A stretch of DNA of 32,000 nucleotides from contig OY970357.1 in assembly GCA_963718585.1 (NCBI GenBank), forward strand, positions 660,001 to 692,000, written 5' to 3'. The notes under the pieces are model-generated. The model worked only from the letters and a program-made list of their open reading frames with translations, was not told the DNA's origin and made no database searches. Shown here piece by piece: positions 10,071-19,956 of the stretch (positions are counted from its first letter, which is position 1; each line of letters opens with the position of its first letter). The translations under genes were made by a program, and so were the position numbers. Source of the stretch: Candidatus Saccharimonadota bacterium. Lineage in GTDB: Bacteria; Patescibacteriota; Patescibacteriia; 2-12-FULL-60-25.

Positions 10071-10676
10071 TCATTTCTTCACGAGCACGGAATAGAAGGG
10101 CGTCGTGGTCTTACGCTCGGTCTTGAAGACCGTATCGAAAACGTGGCTCACAGGTCGCAAGAACCACTGCCACCGCGCCTGCCCCGGCAAGAAGAAGCTC
10201 ATCGCCGCGAACCAGCCGCCGTGTTTTTGGATGGTGATAGAAGAAAAATCCTTGAACATCAAGCGCAAGGAATCCTCAAAGAACCGCCAATAATCCGGAT
10301 ACGCGCCGAACCCCTTTCGGGCATGATAGGGATAGATCGATGGGACCTGGATGAACCCGAGCCCGCCGGGACGAAGGATCCGATACATTTCACGGACGGC
10401 ATCCGCGGGCCGCTCAACGTGCTCGAGCACCGACCGGCACATCACGCCATCGACGGACGCATCCGCGAGCGGGATCGCGTGGATGTCACCGATGAGATCG
10501 GGATGATAATCCGCGGACACATCGAGCGTCTGATACTGGACGTTGGTGAACAACGGTTCGAATTTCTTCATCCCTTTCATGAACCGCGTGCCGCCTCCGA
10601 CATCAAGGATCCGATGACACTCGGCTGCCATCTGGCGCATGCAGGCATCTTCAAACCGTTCAAACGGTCGTTGCAT
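10071..10676 (-). CDS. Class I SAM-dependent methyltransferase (Methyltransf_11-like)
   Basis: RILDVGGGTRF (motif I)...VDGVMCRSVLEHVERP...LRPGGLGFIQVP. Confidence 0.75.
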   Translation of the reverse strand: MQRPFERFEDACMRQMAAECHRILDVGGGTRFMKGMKKFEPLFTNVQYQTLDVSADYHPDLIGDIHAIPLADASVDGVMCRSVLEHVERPADAVREMYRILRPGGLGFIQVPSIYPYHARKGFGAYPDYWRFFEDSLRLMFKDFSSITIQKHGGWFAAMSFFLPGQARWQWFLRPVSHVFDTVFKTERKTTTPFYSVLVKK

Positions 10677-11787
10677 AGGAATGAAGGAGATCGACCGTTT
10701 CGGAGATCATCCGATCATGGTCATGAGTGAGATCGATCGGTGAACATCGCGCGACAGGCGTACGCAACGCAGCAGCCCACGCGGCGACATCACGATACGG
10801 CGAAATACGGACGTGGTCCGGGAACAATTCTGCGGTCTCCGGATTTCCACCCTGGTCGCTCACGACACACGGCAATCCCACAGAGACCGCCTCGACCACG
10901 ACGTGCGGGAATCCTTCGTACCCGGACGCTAAAGCAAAGACATCTGCAGCCGCGTACCACGTGGCGAGCGTCTCTCGATCCACGCGACCGAGGAATCGTA
11001 CGCGATCCGTAATGCCCTGATCACGCGCCTCTTTTTTCCACGCTCCAAGAGACGGTCCGTCTCCCGCGACAACGAGGAGATGAGACGGTGAAAGATCCTT
11101 CAAGACCGACAGAAGGAAATCCACCCCTTTCCAGGGCACAGCACGGACGGCCGTCAGGATGACGACGTTTTCCCCAACGCCCAAAGTGGAACGCAATGCA
11201 TCGCGCGGGTCCACGGAAGGCAATGAGGAAATACTATTATAGACCACTGTGATCCGATCTTCCGAAACGCCCCATGCGGCGACGACTCCTTTGAGATACC
11301 GGCTTGGAACGATCACCCGACGGGCATGCCGCGCAGTCCATCGTTCGATCTGTTCTAAAAGGCCGACGCTCCCGCCATGGCGCTGTTTCAAGAATGCATC
11401 CAAAAGGACCGGCTCCGAGACGTGCTGTTGATACTGCTCCCAAGCGTAGTCACCAACCATCTTCATGATGGTCTTCGTGCCGGCAAGCATCGCCCCGATC
11501 GTTCCCGGAAAACCCTCTGAGACCGGTCCTTGGAGATACACGAGATCCGCCGAGCGCGCACATAGAAAGACGCGCCAGGCATATCGCAGATATCGAATGA
11601 TCGCCCCACCGGTGCGAGACACCACATCGACATTCCACCCGTCTCCTTTTTCCGTCCGCGCATCGCCGTACGTCACCACGGAGACAGTATCGCCGCGCGC
11701 AACGAGCGCCCGCGCGATCTCACGGACGTATGTCGCCGGTCCACCGATCTCCGGCGGATAGATGCCCGTAGCGATGATGATCTTCAT
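10660..11787 (-). CDS. GT4-family glycosyltransferase
   Basis: MKIIIATGIYPPEIGGPATYV...EGFPHVVVEAVSVGLPCVVSDQGGNPE. Start re-called to ATG 11787, giving an ATGA overlap with the stop at 11784. Confidence 0.8.
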   Translation of the reverse strand: MKIIIATGIYPPEIGGPATYVREIARALVARGDTVSVVTYGDARTEKGDGWNVDVVSRTGGAIIRYLRYAWRVFLCARSADLVYLQGPVSEGFPGTIGAMLAGTKTIMKMVGDYAWEQYQQHVSEPVLLDAFLKQRHGGSVGLLEQIERWTARHARRVIVPSRYLKGVVAAWGVSEDRITVVYNSISSLPSVDPRDALRSTLGVGENVVILTAVRAVPWKGVDFLLSVLKDLSPSHLLVVAGDGPSLGAWKKEARDQGITDRVRFLGRVDRETLATWYAAADVFALASGYEGFPHVVVEAVSVGLPCVVSDQGGNPETAELFPDHVRISPYRDVAAWAAALRTPVARCSPIDLTHDHDRMISETVDLLHSYATTV

Positions 11788-12933
11788 GAAAGCGTGGTCA
11801 ACAAGGCGTCCATGCGCCGCGCGATCCCGTTCCAATCGAACCGTTCACGCACGAGCGTCTCGCCATTCCGGATCAGACGATCGCGCAGACCCGGTTCGGT
11901 CTGGATCCGTTCGACCGCCGCGGCGATCGAGGCAGGGTCGCGCGGCTGGCAAAAGACGCCGGTCTCCCCGTCCGTCAAAAAATCCGGGATGCCGCCGACC
12001 GGAGTCCCGATGATCGGCAATCCGGCGGCCATGGCTTCGAGGAACGAGATACCCAATCCTTCGGACAACGACGGGCGGCAGAAGATGTCCGACGCATGCA
12101 GAAGCGCGGGAAGTTCGTCATGCGACTTCTTCCCCAAGAACGTCACGCGGTCCGTGAGCCCCTTTTGCCCGGTCAAGACGCGGAGCTTGTCCGCATCCTC
12201 TCCGACGCCGACGATGAGGGCCTTGGTGCGATCCGAAAGCGCGGTCAGCGACCGGATCAGGTCATCGACACCGTTTTTCAGGGACAGACGGGATGTCGTG
12301 ATGATCACGACGTCATGCTCGTCGTACCCGAGCGACGCCCGCAGCTCACGACGCGCCTCCGGGGCGAGCGGCTTCGTGAACGCCTCGATGGCCACGCCGT
12401 TCGGAACGACCTCCGGCGTCCCCTCGAATCCCATCTTCGTCGCCCACGCCGCCAAAAAAGTGACTGATCGCCTGGATCACGTTCGCCCGTGCAAAGATCT
12501 TGCGATGCAGGAAGGTCAGCATCCCCGTCCGCTTTGCGTAATGTTCGAGCGGATCTCCTTCTTGCAAGGTCAGGAGCATCTTTGACCGTGGCTGGAGCCA
12601 CGTATAGACAAGGGCCGCGAATCCGCCATAACTCGCCATGAGCGACCACACGACCGGGAGCGGGTCTTCTGTGGTCTTCGGCGGAGGAGCGCACGGATCG
12701 GTCCGAGGATGGAAAGCAGGTACTTATCGATCGGATGACCGATGCCGCATCGATGGACCATCACGTTCCCGATGCGCTCATCCCAGGCGAGTTCCGGCTG
12801 GATCTTCGCGCAGAACAGATCGAACTGCCATTCCGGCAATCGATCCGTGACCTCTTTCATCGCGACCTCTGCCCCGCCGACAAGCGGGAAATAGGTCGTC
12901 GCAAAGATGAATGGCGCGTTTCGCCATACTCAT
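11784..12933 (-). pseudogene. GT4-family glycosyltransferase fragmented across four reading frames
   Basis: GT4-like sequence runs through successive frames. Frame a: ATG 12933 (MSMAKRA..), with an ATGA overlap with the uxs stop. Frame b: FIFATTYFPLVGGAEVAMKEVTDRL...GHPIDKYLLSILGP. Frame c: VVWSLMASYGGFAALV...LTLQEGDPLEHY...VIQAISHF. Frame d: LAAWATKMGFEGTPEVVPNGV...EGLGISFLEAMAAGLPIIGTPVGG. The c-to-d shift lies in an A6/T6 run at 12454-12459. Confidence 0.6.
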
Positions 12934-13868
12934 TCTGCGACTTTTCGGAAATAGACGATGGTCTTTTCCAGACCGTCACGCAATTCGATCTTCGGCTCCC
13001 AGCTCAGCTCCGCTTTTGCGAGCGAGATGTCGGCTTTGCGCTGTTTCGGGTCATGTTCCACGGCCGGAAGATACGAGATCTCCGAGGCGGAACCCGTTAA
13101 CTCACGCACAAGGTCCGCGAGTTGCGCGATGGTGAATTCCCCCGGATTGCCGATGTTCACCGGCCCGGTGAAACCCTCCTTTTCCATCATCCGTACCATG
13201 CCTTCGATGAGATCATCGATGTACTGGAACGATCGCGTGTAGGATCCGTCACCGTAGATCGTGATGGGCTCACCACGCAATGCTTGAAGGATGAAATTCG
13301 AGACGACGCGTCCATCATCCTTGGCCATGCGCGGACCATAGGTATTGAAGATACGGATGACGCGGATATCAACGCCGTATTCACGGTGATAATCGAAACA
13401 GAGCGTCTCGGCGCAGCGCTTACCCTCGTCGTAACAGGCGCGACGGGAGATCGGGTTCACATTCCCCCAATACGATTCGGTCTGCGGATGGACGACCGGA
13501 TCACCGTAGACCTCAGATGTCGACGCCTGAAGGATCCGTGCACCGTTGCTCCGTGCGAGATCGAGCATGTTGATCATGCCGAGCACGTTCGTCCGCACGG
13601 TTTCGACCGGATCATGCTGATAGTGCTTTGGTGACGCCGGACACGCGAGATTGAAGATCCAGTCGACCTTCGCCTCGTACGGACGTTGGACGTCATGCTC
13701 GACGAACGTGAAACGCGGATCCGATTCCAAGTGCGCGATATTCGCACGAGAACCCGTGAATAGATTATCCAGGCAGATGACCGTATGGCCATCCGCGATC
13801 AACCGATCACAGAGATGCGAGCCGACGAAGCCGGCGCCGCCGGTGACAAGAATGGTTTTAGGAGACAT
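12930..13868 (-). CDS. uxs: UDP-glucuronate decarboxylase (UDP-xylose synthase), SDR family
   Basis: [23 protein letters not shown]...[11 protein letters not shown]...STSEVYGDP...[11 protein letters not shown]...[10 protein letters not shown] is a near-textbook UXS signature (GxxGxxG, YxxxK). Start re-called to ATG 13868. Confidence 0.9.
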   Translation of the reverse strand: MSPKTILVTGGAGFVGSHLCDRLIADGHTVICLDNLFTGSRANIAHLESDPRFTFVEHDVQRPYEAKVDWIFNLACPASPKHYQHDPVETVRTNVLGMINMLDLARSNGARILQASTSEVYGDPVVHPQTESYWGNVNPISRRACYDEGKRCAETLCFDYHREYGVDIRVIRIFNTYGPRMAKDDGRVVSNFILQALRGEPITIYGDGSYTRSFQYIDDLIEGMVRMMEKEGFTGPVNIGNPGEFTIAQLADLVRELTGSASEISYLPAVEHDPKQRKADISLAKAELSWEPKIELRDGLEKTIVYFRKVAE

Positions 13869-15765
13869 GGGAGGTAAGCCAAGTGGAAAGCGCAAAAAGC
13901 ATCCAAAGCCGATTGCCGTGATCCGCACCGTGCGCGTTCTCCGTGATCAAGCGCTCGACCGCCTCATGACGGACGTAGCCGGCGAGCGGTCCGGACGGGT
14001 CAAGCACCCGATCCTTCAACTCTCCGGCCAAGGGACCGCGGAACCACTCGGCCAATGGAACCTGGAATCCGCGCTTTGTTGCGCTAAGGATCGGAGACGG
14101 GAGGATGTCCCGAAGCGCCCGACGCAATGCGACCTTGGTCATACCACGTTCCACCTTTTGATTCAACGGAAGCGACAACGCCAAAGCGATGACCTCTTGG
14201 TCCAAAAAGGGGGCGCGCGCCTCCAACCCCCACCGCATCGTAGCGCGATCCATCTTCACATTGAGATCGTCCGCCAGATACGACGTCAGATCGAACCGCA
14301 TCGCTGCATCCAGCGACGCATCGCCATGCATCTGCGCGGCGACGTACGCGACCCCGTCTTCTGCGTCCGTGTGCGCAAGAAACCCGGGATCGAACGTCTC
14401 ATGCAAACGTGCGGTCGAAAAATACGATCCGCAGAACAGCTCCCCGTATGCGCGTCCGGGATCCGCGCGGAGCATCTTCATCGTATCCGCCATCCGTAAC
14501 CACTTCGGATCGCTGATGATGGATCCAAACGCCTCGACACCGATCGTCGTAAAAAAAGAACGTGACAACATCCGGGCACGCTGATACGCGACATACCGAC
14601 GGTATCCGCCGAACAACTCATCGCCGCCGTCACCGGTCAGGACGACCTTGATCTCATTCGCGGTCTTCTGTGCAAGGAGCCACAGCGGCAACGCAGAGGA
14701 ATCTGCGAAGGGCGCATCATAGTGTCGGATGAGCTCGTCGCTTGTATCAAGCAGATCCGACGGCGTCGCGACGAACGCGTGATGTTCGGTCTTGAAGGTG
14801 TCTGCGATCAACCGCGCTTCCGTCCGCTCATCCATGTGTGGCACATCGAATCCCATGGTGAAGGTCCGCAATGGCTGCGAGACGTGGCGGGATGCAAAAG
14901 CGACCACGGCCGCGGAATCGATCCCCCCGGAAAGGAACGCCCCGACCGGAACGTCCGCAGCCAGTTGGCGGATCTTCACCGCGTCCTCAAGCTTCGACCG
15001 GATCTCTTCATCGATATCCGTAGTTTGGTGCTTGGCGTTCGGTGCTCGGGTTCCGGCATTTCCCGAGCTTTGAGCTTCGAGCTTCGCGCTTCGCGGATCC
15101 CACTCATGGTATCTCCGGATACGCCATCCATCCGTGTCCCACACACCGGATTCACCCGGTCGAAGTTGCATGATCTCGTGGAATCCGGTGCGCGGAGACG
15201 GAACATATTGCAGTCCAAGGAAAAGCCGGATCGCATCCTGATCCGGCTTCATGTCCAAAACCGCGGCAAGCGCTTTCAACTCCGACGCGAAGACGAGATC
15301 GCGCGATGGAGTGAATCCATAGAAGAACGGTTTCTTCCCCGTCTTGTCGCGCGCGACGAGCATGCGTTTTTTCGGCGCGTCCCAGAGAGCGAACGCGAAC
15401 ATGCCCCTAAGCCGCGGCAACACATCGTCCCCCCACACGCGATATCCCTCGAGGATCACCTCTGTGTCGGAAGAGGATGCGAAATGCGCACCGGATCGTT
15501 CAAGTTCCGTCCGGAGCTCGCGATAATTGTAGATCTCCCCGTTATACGTGATGGTCAGCTCTCCACGCACATCATGCATCGGTTGAGCGCCCGTCTGTGC
15601 AAGGTCGATGATCGCGAGACGCCGATGGGCAAATCCGACGCCCGGAACCAACCAAAGACCCTCTCCATCCGGACCCCGATGTGCGATCGCGGAGGACATA
15701 CGCCGAAGCGCCCCTTCGTCTGGAAGAGTCCCGTTTCGCGTCACGATGCCGGCGATTCCGCACAT
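13858..15765 (-). CDS. asnB: Asparagine synthase (glutamine-hydrolysing) family amidotransferase, intact 635 aa
   Basis: MCGIAGIV (N-terminal nucleophile Cys2), GATase-2 domain, then [17 protein letters not shown] (PP-loop SGGxDS). First gene of the long minus-strand operon. Confidence 0.85.
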   Translation of the reverse strand: MCGIAGIVTRNGTLPDEGALRRMSSAIAHRGPDGEGLWLVPGVGFAHRRLAIIDLAQTGAQPMHDVRGELTITYNGEIYNYRELRTELERSGAHFASSSDTEVILEGYRVWGDDVLPRLRGMFAFALWDAPKKRMLVARDKTGKKPFFYGFTPSRDLVFASELKALAAVLDMKPDQDAIRLFLGLQYVPSPRTGFHEIMQLRPGESGVWDTDGWRIRRYHEWDPRSAKLEAQSSGNAGTRAPNAKHQTTDIDEEIRSKLEDAVKIRQLAADVPVGAFLSGGIDSAAVVAFASRHVSQPLRTFTMGFDVPHMDERTEARLIADTFKTEHHAFVATPSDLLDTSDELIRHYDAPFADSSALPLWLLAQKTANEIKVVLTGDGGDELFGGYRRYVAYQRARMLSRSFFTTIGVEAFGSIISDPKWLRMADTMKMLRADPGRAYGELFCGSYFSTARLHETFDPGFLAHTDAEDGVAYVAAQMHGDASLDAAMRFDLTSYLADDLNVKMDRATMRWGLEARAPFLDQEVIALALSLPLNQKVERGMTKVALRRALRDILPSPILSATKRGFQVPLAEWFRGPLAGELKDRVLDPSGPLAGYVRHEAVERLITENAHGADHGNRLWMLFALSTWLTSHVS

Positions 15766-15767
15766 AA

Positions 15768-15796
15768 TTGTCTTTTTCGTGTGATTTGGCTATGTT
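15768..15796 (+). promoter_or_regulatory. Candidate sigma-70-type promoter for the divergent GT4 gene
   Basis: TTGTCT (15768-15773), 17-nt spacer, TATGTT (15791-15796), then 10 nt to ATG 15807. This implies a very short leader. By eye only. Confidence 0.3.
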
Positions 15797-15806
15797 AGCC
15801 GTAAAT

Positions 15807-16976
15807 ATGGATACCGCCAAGCGAGCTGAACGGATCCTCCTGCTGGTCACGCAGGCGGACTGGGGCGGCGTTCAGTCATTCCTCATCCGCTTTGCGACCG
15901 AGCTGATGAAAGAGGGACGAACGGTCCTCCTCGCCGCAGGGGGCGACGGAGAGCTCTGGGACGCGGCCCAGCGGCACGGGATCCCGACGCGAAGACTCGA
16001 ACACGTCCGACGGGAGATCGATCTTCTTGAAGATGCACGCGCGGTCACAGAGATCGAAGCTCTGATACGCGAATTCCATCCGGACGCGATCCACCTGAAC
16101 AGCTCCAAGATGGGCGTACTTGGCGCCATCGCCGCAGACCGTCTTCCGCAAGCGGATCGTCCGCGTGTGGTGTACCGGATCGGCGGATGGGCGTTCCTCG
16201 AACCCCTCCCCGCCTGGAAACGATGGGTGTATCGGACCGCAGAGCGCTGGTCAGCTTCCAAAAAAGACGTGATCATCACGGTCCATCCGGGAGATGAGAC
16301 GATCGCACGCGATCTGAAGATCCGACCACGTGAAAAGGTCATGACCGTCGCGAACGGCCTCGACCTCCCGGAATTCACTTCCCGTCTGGCGACGCACGCC
16401 GTCGCGCGCGAGACGCTGAACCTCCCAGAACACGCGTTCGTGTACGGGACCATTGCCAACGCCTATGCGACCAAGGGACTCCTCCCCTATCTCGCGACAC
16501 TGCACAAGGTCCTTCAGGAAGACCAAAATGCCTATGCGGTCATCATCGGCGACGGTCCCCAATTCGCACAATTGAAAGCGCTTCGTGCCAAGCTCGACCT
16601 CACGGACCGCGTCCTCCTCGCAGGGCATGTGGATCACGCAGGAACCCTCCTTCCGGGATTCGACGTCTTCGTCCTCCCGTCACGCAAAGAAGGCATGCCG
16701 TGGACACTCCTCGAGGCCATGGGTGCCGGGATCCCAAGCATTGCCACGAACGTCGGAGCTTGCGCATGGATGATCACGCATCCTGACTTTCCGCATGCGG
16801 GACTGATCGTGCCCAAGGACGACTCCGTAGCACTACAAGAGGCCATGCATCAGCTGCGTGTGAACGATGCCGAACGGCATGCACTCGCAAATGGCGCCCG
16901 GACGAACGTCCAACAAAGATTCACATGGACCGAGACCTTACGTGGGAATCGAGACGCCTTGGATGGACGAGCCTAA
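15807..16976 (+). CDS. GT4-family glycosyltransferase
   Basis: MDTAKRAERILLLVTQADWGGVQSF...SRKEGMPWTLLEAMGAGIPSIATNVGA. The track start at 15768 is a TTG. ATG 15807 (or 15792) is preferred. Confidence 0.8.
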   Translation: MDTAKRAERILLLVTQADWGGVQSFLIRFATELMKEGRTVLLAAGGDGELWDAAQRHGIPTRRLEHVRREIDLLEDARAVTEIEALIREFHPDAIHLNSSKMGVLGAIAADRLPQADRPRVVYRIGGWAFLEPLPAWKRWVYRTAERWSASKKDVIITVHPGDETIARDLKIRPREKVMTVANGLDLPEFTSRLATHAVARETLNLPEHAFVYGTIANAYATKGLLPYLATLHKVLQEDQNAYAVIIGDGPQFAQLKALRAKLDLTDRVLLAGHVDHAGTLLPGFDVFVLPSRKEGMPWTLLEAMGAGIPSIATNVGACAWMITHPDFPHAGLIVPKDDSVALQEAMHQLRVNDAERHALANGARTNVQQRFTWTETLRGNRDALDGRA

Positions 16977-16977
16977 C

Positions 16978-17010
16978 AAAAAAAGACCGGGTTCACCCGG
17001 TCTTTTTTTG
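16978..17010. terminator. Bidirectional Rho-independent terminator between convergent genes
   Basis: AAAAAAAGACCGGG-TTCA-CCCGGTCTTTTTTT: a perfect 8-bp GC-rich stem with a 4-nt loop, an A-run upstream and a T-run downstream. It sits between stop 16974-16976 (+) and stop 17012-17014 (-). Confidence 0.85.
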
Positions 17011-17011
17011 A

Positions 17012-19384
17012 TCACTTCAGCCGCGGTCCGGATTCAACGGATCCCCCCGAAGTTGTCGCCACGACCGTCGGCGTCGGTGACGTCACAGATGCCGGCGCTT
17101 GCGATGTCGTCGTGGGAGCGGCTGGCGGGGTGGTCATGTTGAAACTCTCTTGGATCGATGTCGCCGTCCCATCTTCCAGAGGCTTCAATCGCGGAACGAT
17201 CGTTGGATCGATCTTCGCGATCGCGCCGAGGAGGAGATTCCGCTGATCATTCAACCCCATCTGTTCGGCCAAACGCGCGATATCCATGTACATCTGCGTG
17301 GTCCCACCGCTCAAATTAGGCAAGCGTTGAATGACGGACTTGAATCCATCTGCATCACCAAGGATCGAATAGGCATAGGACAAAACACCGGCTTCCTGCA
17401 CGTTCTTGAGGTCATACGGGATCTTCGCATCCATTGCGGCTTTCAATTCCTTCGCCCCCTCCTCTTTATTCCCCATGTCATACATGTCTGAAAGCCCGAC
17501 GTACCAATGACTCTCTCCGACGTTCGGATCGAAATCCAGCGCTTTCTTAAAATCAGCGTATCCCTCCTGCTTCTTCCCGACTTGGATCTCAAACCGACCG
17601 AGGCTGTAGTACAACTGCTGCCGTTTCGGACTCGTCTGGATCGCTTGCTGGTATCGATCCAAAGCCTTCTGCGCGTCCTCGGGGACGTATTGCGCCATAG
17701 AATCCAGGAAGCGCGCATAGATGAAGATCGGGTTCGTATCGCGTGGATGTTCTGAGAGATATTTGTCTGATACTTCGACGATCAGGTCGTGCCACGCCTT
17801 CCAATCCGAGAACTTTTGGAGCGATCCATTCCCCGCAAGCGCCATCAGATTCCGAGACTGGAGATACGCCTGCTCATTGATATACGGTGTCGGGATCGAT
17901 GCCGCTTTTTTCGCATCTGCGAAGGACTGCGGCAACAATCCGGCGGAAAACTCATTGTTTGACCGGATCGAATCCACAGAGGCATTCCACGGAAGGATCG
18001 AATACCGCCACACGACAAGCAGGAACACGACCTGGATGATCCCGAACGCGGTCCATGGGATCGCACGACCAGCCTTCGCATCCTTCGCTTCAACAGCCTC
18101 TCCGGCGAAGACCGCCGTCGTCGTACTTGCGATGAGGGCGTACATGAAAAAACTCATGGTGAACCCGGCAGGTTGATCGAAGACGAACAGGTTCTGAACG
18201 AAATACGCGCATGGCAACGCCACGTACACGCTCGCCATGGGGGCGTTGATCCACTTCTTCGTATACGCACGCCAGACGCTGAAAAAGAGCGCGCCAAAGA
18301 TCGCGAAGTAGGTCAGGAACCCGAAGAGCCCGGTCATGGCCAATGCATCCAAGACCGTGTTGTGTGCCCGGTCGAACCATGTTTCGTAATAGCTATATTC
18401 AAGCGACTTGGGCTGATAGTGATCGTTGAACAGGATGTGGAAGTTATCGAACCCCCACCCGGTCAACGGCCGTTCCAGGAACCCTTGCCAGGCGATCCCC
18501 CACGCGATGAAACGCGTTTCCGTCGCGACCTGGAAATTGGTCAATCGCCCGAAGACCGAATCTTTGATCAGCGTCGTGTTCCGCGCGGCGAAAAGCCCGC
18601 CATATCCCACCACCGCAAAGATCGCGAGCGCGATGATGGAGACCTTCGCCTTCTTGTTCTTTGAAAGGAAGACCATGGCCCCAGCGAAGACCGCGAGACC
18701 AACGAAGAGACCGAGCAACGCACCACGAGACTCCGCAGCGAAGAAAGATCCGATATCAAGGAGCGCAAAAGCGATCAGCCAGGCCTTCGTATACTTCGAC
18801 ACCCCCTTCAACCAAAGCAGGGCGATGAAGAACAGGTTGAAGATCTGATATCCGGCCATGTAGATCGGATTGTCTAACAGACCGCCGACGCGCGGGCCCG
18901 CCGGGAAGAGCAGCAGCTTTGGAAACGGGATCTGTAGCAACGCGACGGATGCCCCGATCCCGGAAAGGATGATCTCCGTCACCAGGATCGTCTTCCACTG
19001 TTTCCACGTCTTCAAGACCGATGACGTCATCAGGAACCACGCAAAGAAGTGCAGGACCGTGAACAAGCCGTTCATCCGCTCTTGATTCCCCCACCATGCA
19101 CGCAACGGGTCGACCGCGAAGATCACGGACAATGCGATGGCGATGAGATACGCGAGGATCGCCCAGGTCAGCGGGACCTTGCGCGGGCGATATTCCGGTT
19201 CAGCCCATGCGAGGATCAGATATGCCGGGAAGGTCAATCCGATCAGGACCTGGAAGAAGATCAGCTTCGAGAAGACGAACGGGAAGATGACGACCGGAAT
19301 GAAGACGAGCGGGACCAGAAGCCCGCCGTAAATACCAACATAGGTGATGGCCTTGAGCCATTTGACGCCGTCAGATTTGGACAT
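17012..19384 (-). CDS. O-antigen ligase / Wzy_C-family polytopic membrane protein with C-terminal TPR domain and Thr/Pro/Ser-rich tail
   Basis: More than 10 hydrophobic helices. Wzy_C-type motifs RFIAWGIAWQGFLERPLTGWGFDNF and FDRAHNTVLDALAMTGLFG. The C-terminal half has TPR-like repeats (YYSLGRFEIQVGKKQEGYADFKKALDFDPN...). Tail: TTPPAAPTTTSQAPASVTSPTPTVVATTSGGS. Confidence 0.8.
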   Translation of the reverse strand: MSKSDGVKWLKAITYVGIYGGLLVPLVFIPVVIFPFVFSKLIFFQVLIGLTFPAYLILAWAEPEYRPRKVPLTWAILAYLIAIALSVIFAVDPLRAWWGNQERMNGLFTVLHFFAWFLMTSSVLKTWKQWKTILVTEIILSGIGASVALLQIPFPKLLLFPAGPRVGGLLDNPIYMAGYQIFNLFFIALLWLKGVSKYTKAWLIAFALLDIGSFFAAESRGALLGLFVGLAVFAGAMVFLSKNKKAKVSIIALAIFAVVGYGGLFAARNTTLIKDSVFGRLTNFQVATETRFIAWGIAWQGFLERPLTGWGFDNFHILFNDHYQPKSLEYSYYETWFDRAHNTVLDALAMTGLFGFLTYFAIFGALFFSVWRAYTKKWINAPMASVYVALPCAYFVQNLFVFDQPAGFTMSFFMYALIASTTTAVFAGEAVEAKDAKAGRAIPWTAFGIIQVVFLLVVWRYSILPWNASVDSIRSNNEFSAGLLPQSFADAKKAASIPTPYINEQAYLQSRNLMALAGNGSLQKFSDWKAWHDLIVEVSDKYLSEHPRDTNPIFIYARFLDSMAQYVPEDAQKALDRYQQAIQTSPKRQQLYYSLGRFEIQVGKKQEGYADFKKALDFDPNVGESHWYVGLSDMYDMGNKEEGAKELKAAMDAKIPYDLKNVQEAGVLSYAYSILGDADGFKSVIQRLPNLSGGTTQMYMDIARLAEQMGLNDQRNLLLGAIAKIDPTIVPRLKPLEDGTATSIQESFNMTTPPAAPTTTSQAPASVTSPTPTVVATTSGGSVESGPRLK

Positions 19385-19524
19385 AGGAATTCGGCGGCCA
19401 GCATAACACCGAGGGCGAAAGGTGGAAAGGTCGCGTATTTTGTGATCTCAAATCCTCCAATGAGCTTAGAGCGGACTCCCCCGAAAGATTCAGATCAAAC
19501 TCCCCCGAAAGACCTTTAAAACGA

Positions 19525-19919
19525 ATGTCGTCTCGAGCGGAGCCGAGAGACCTTCCTCGTGAATTCAATTCGAAGATGTCTCGACAGGCTCGACATGACA
19601 TCTATTTTTACGTCGTTTCAGAGATAATCGTCGTCTCAAGAATGAATGTCGTCTCGAGCGGAGCCGAGAGACCTTCCTCGTGGATTCAATTCGAAGATGT
19701 CTCGACAGGCTCGACATGACATCTATTTTTACGTCGTTTCAGAGATAATCGTCGTCTCAAGAATGAATGTCGTCTCGAGCGGAGCCGAGAGACCTTCCTC
19801 GTGAATTCAATTCGAAGATGTCTCGACAGGCTCGACATGACATCTATTTTTACGTCGTTTCAGAGATAATCGTCGTCTCAAGAATGAATGTCGTCTCGAG
19901 CGGAGCCGAGAGACCTTCC
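19525..19919. repeat. Tandem repeat, 121-bp unit, 3 full copies plus a 32-bp partial copy
   Basis: Units start at 19525, 19646, 19767 and 19888. Copies 1 and 3 are identical; copy 2 differs by one base (gaattc to ggattc at 19683). Copy 4 stops after ...gagaccttcc, where the GIY-YIG cassette begins. Confidence 0.95.
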
Positions 19920-19956
19920 ACTTGACACTGATATGAATTCTTGGCAGCGGTGAAGT

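Noticed and set aside
19527-19565. Cluster of restriction sites in each unit (CGTCTC BsmBI, GAGACC BsaI, CTCGAG XhoI, GAATTC EcoRI), suggestive of a synthetic cloning scar
   Set aside because: GTCTC/GAGAC and TCGAG are simply the arms of the hairpin stems. The motifs recur in degenerate natural-looking copies, and the context is a native intergenic region.
19525-19919. Possible CRISPR array (regularly spaced repeats containing palindromes)
   Set aside because: The whole 121-bp unit is repeated near-identically and there are no unique spacers between repeats. No cas genes are in the window. It is a tandem repeat, not a CRISPR.
19920-19956. TTGACA at 19922-19927 as the promoter of the GIY-YIG gene, created at the repeat/cassette junction
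   Set aside because: No acceptable -10 lies 16-18 nt downstream (cagcgg). The hexamer alone is insufficient evidence, so it is not called as a feature.
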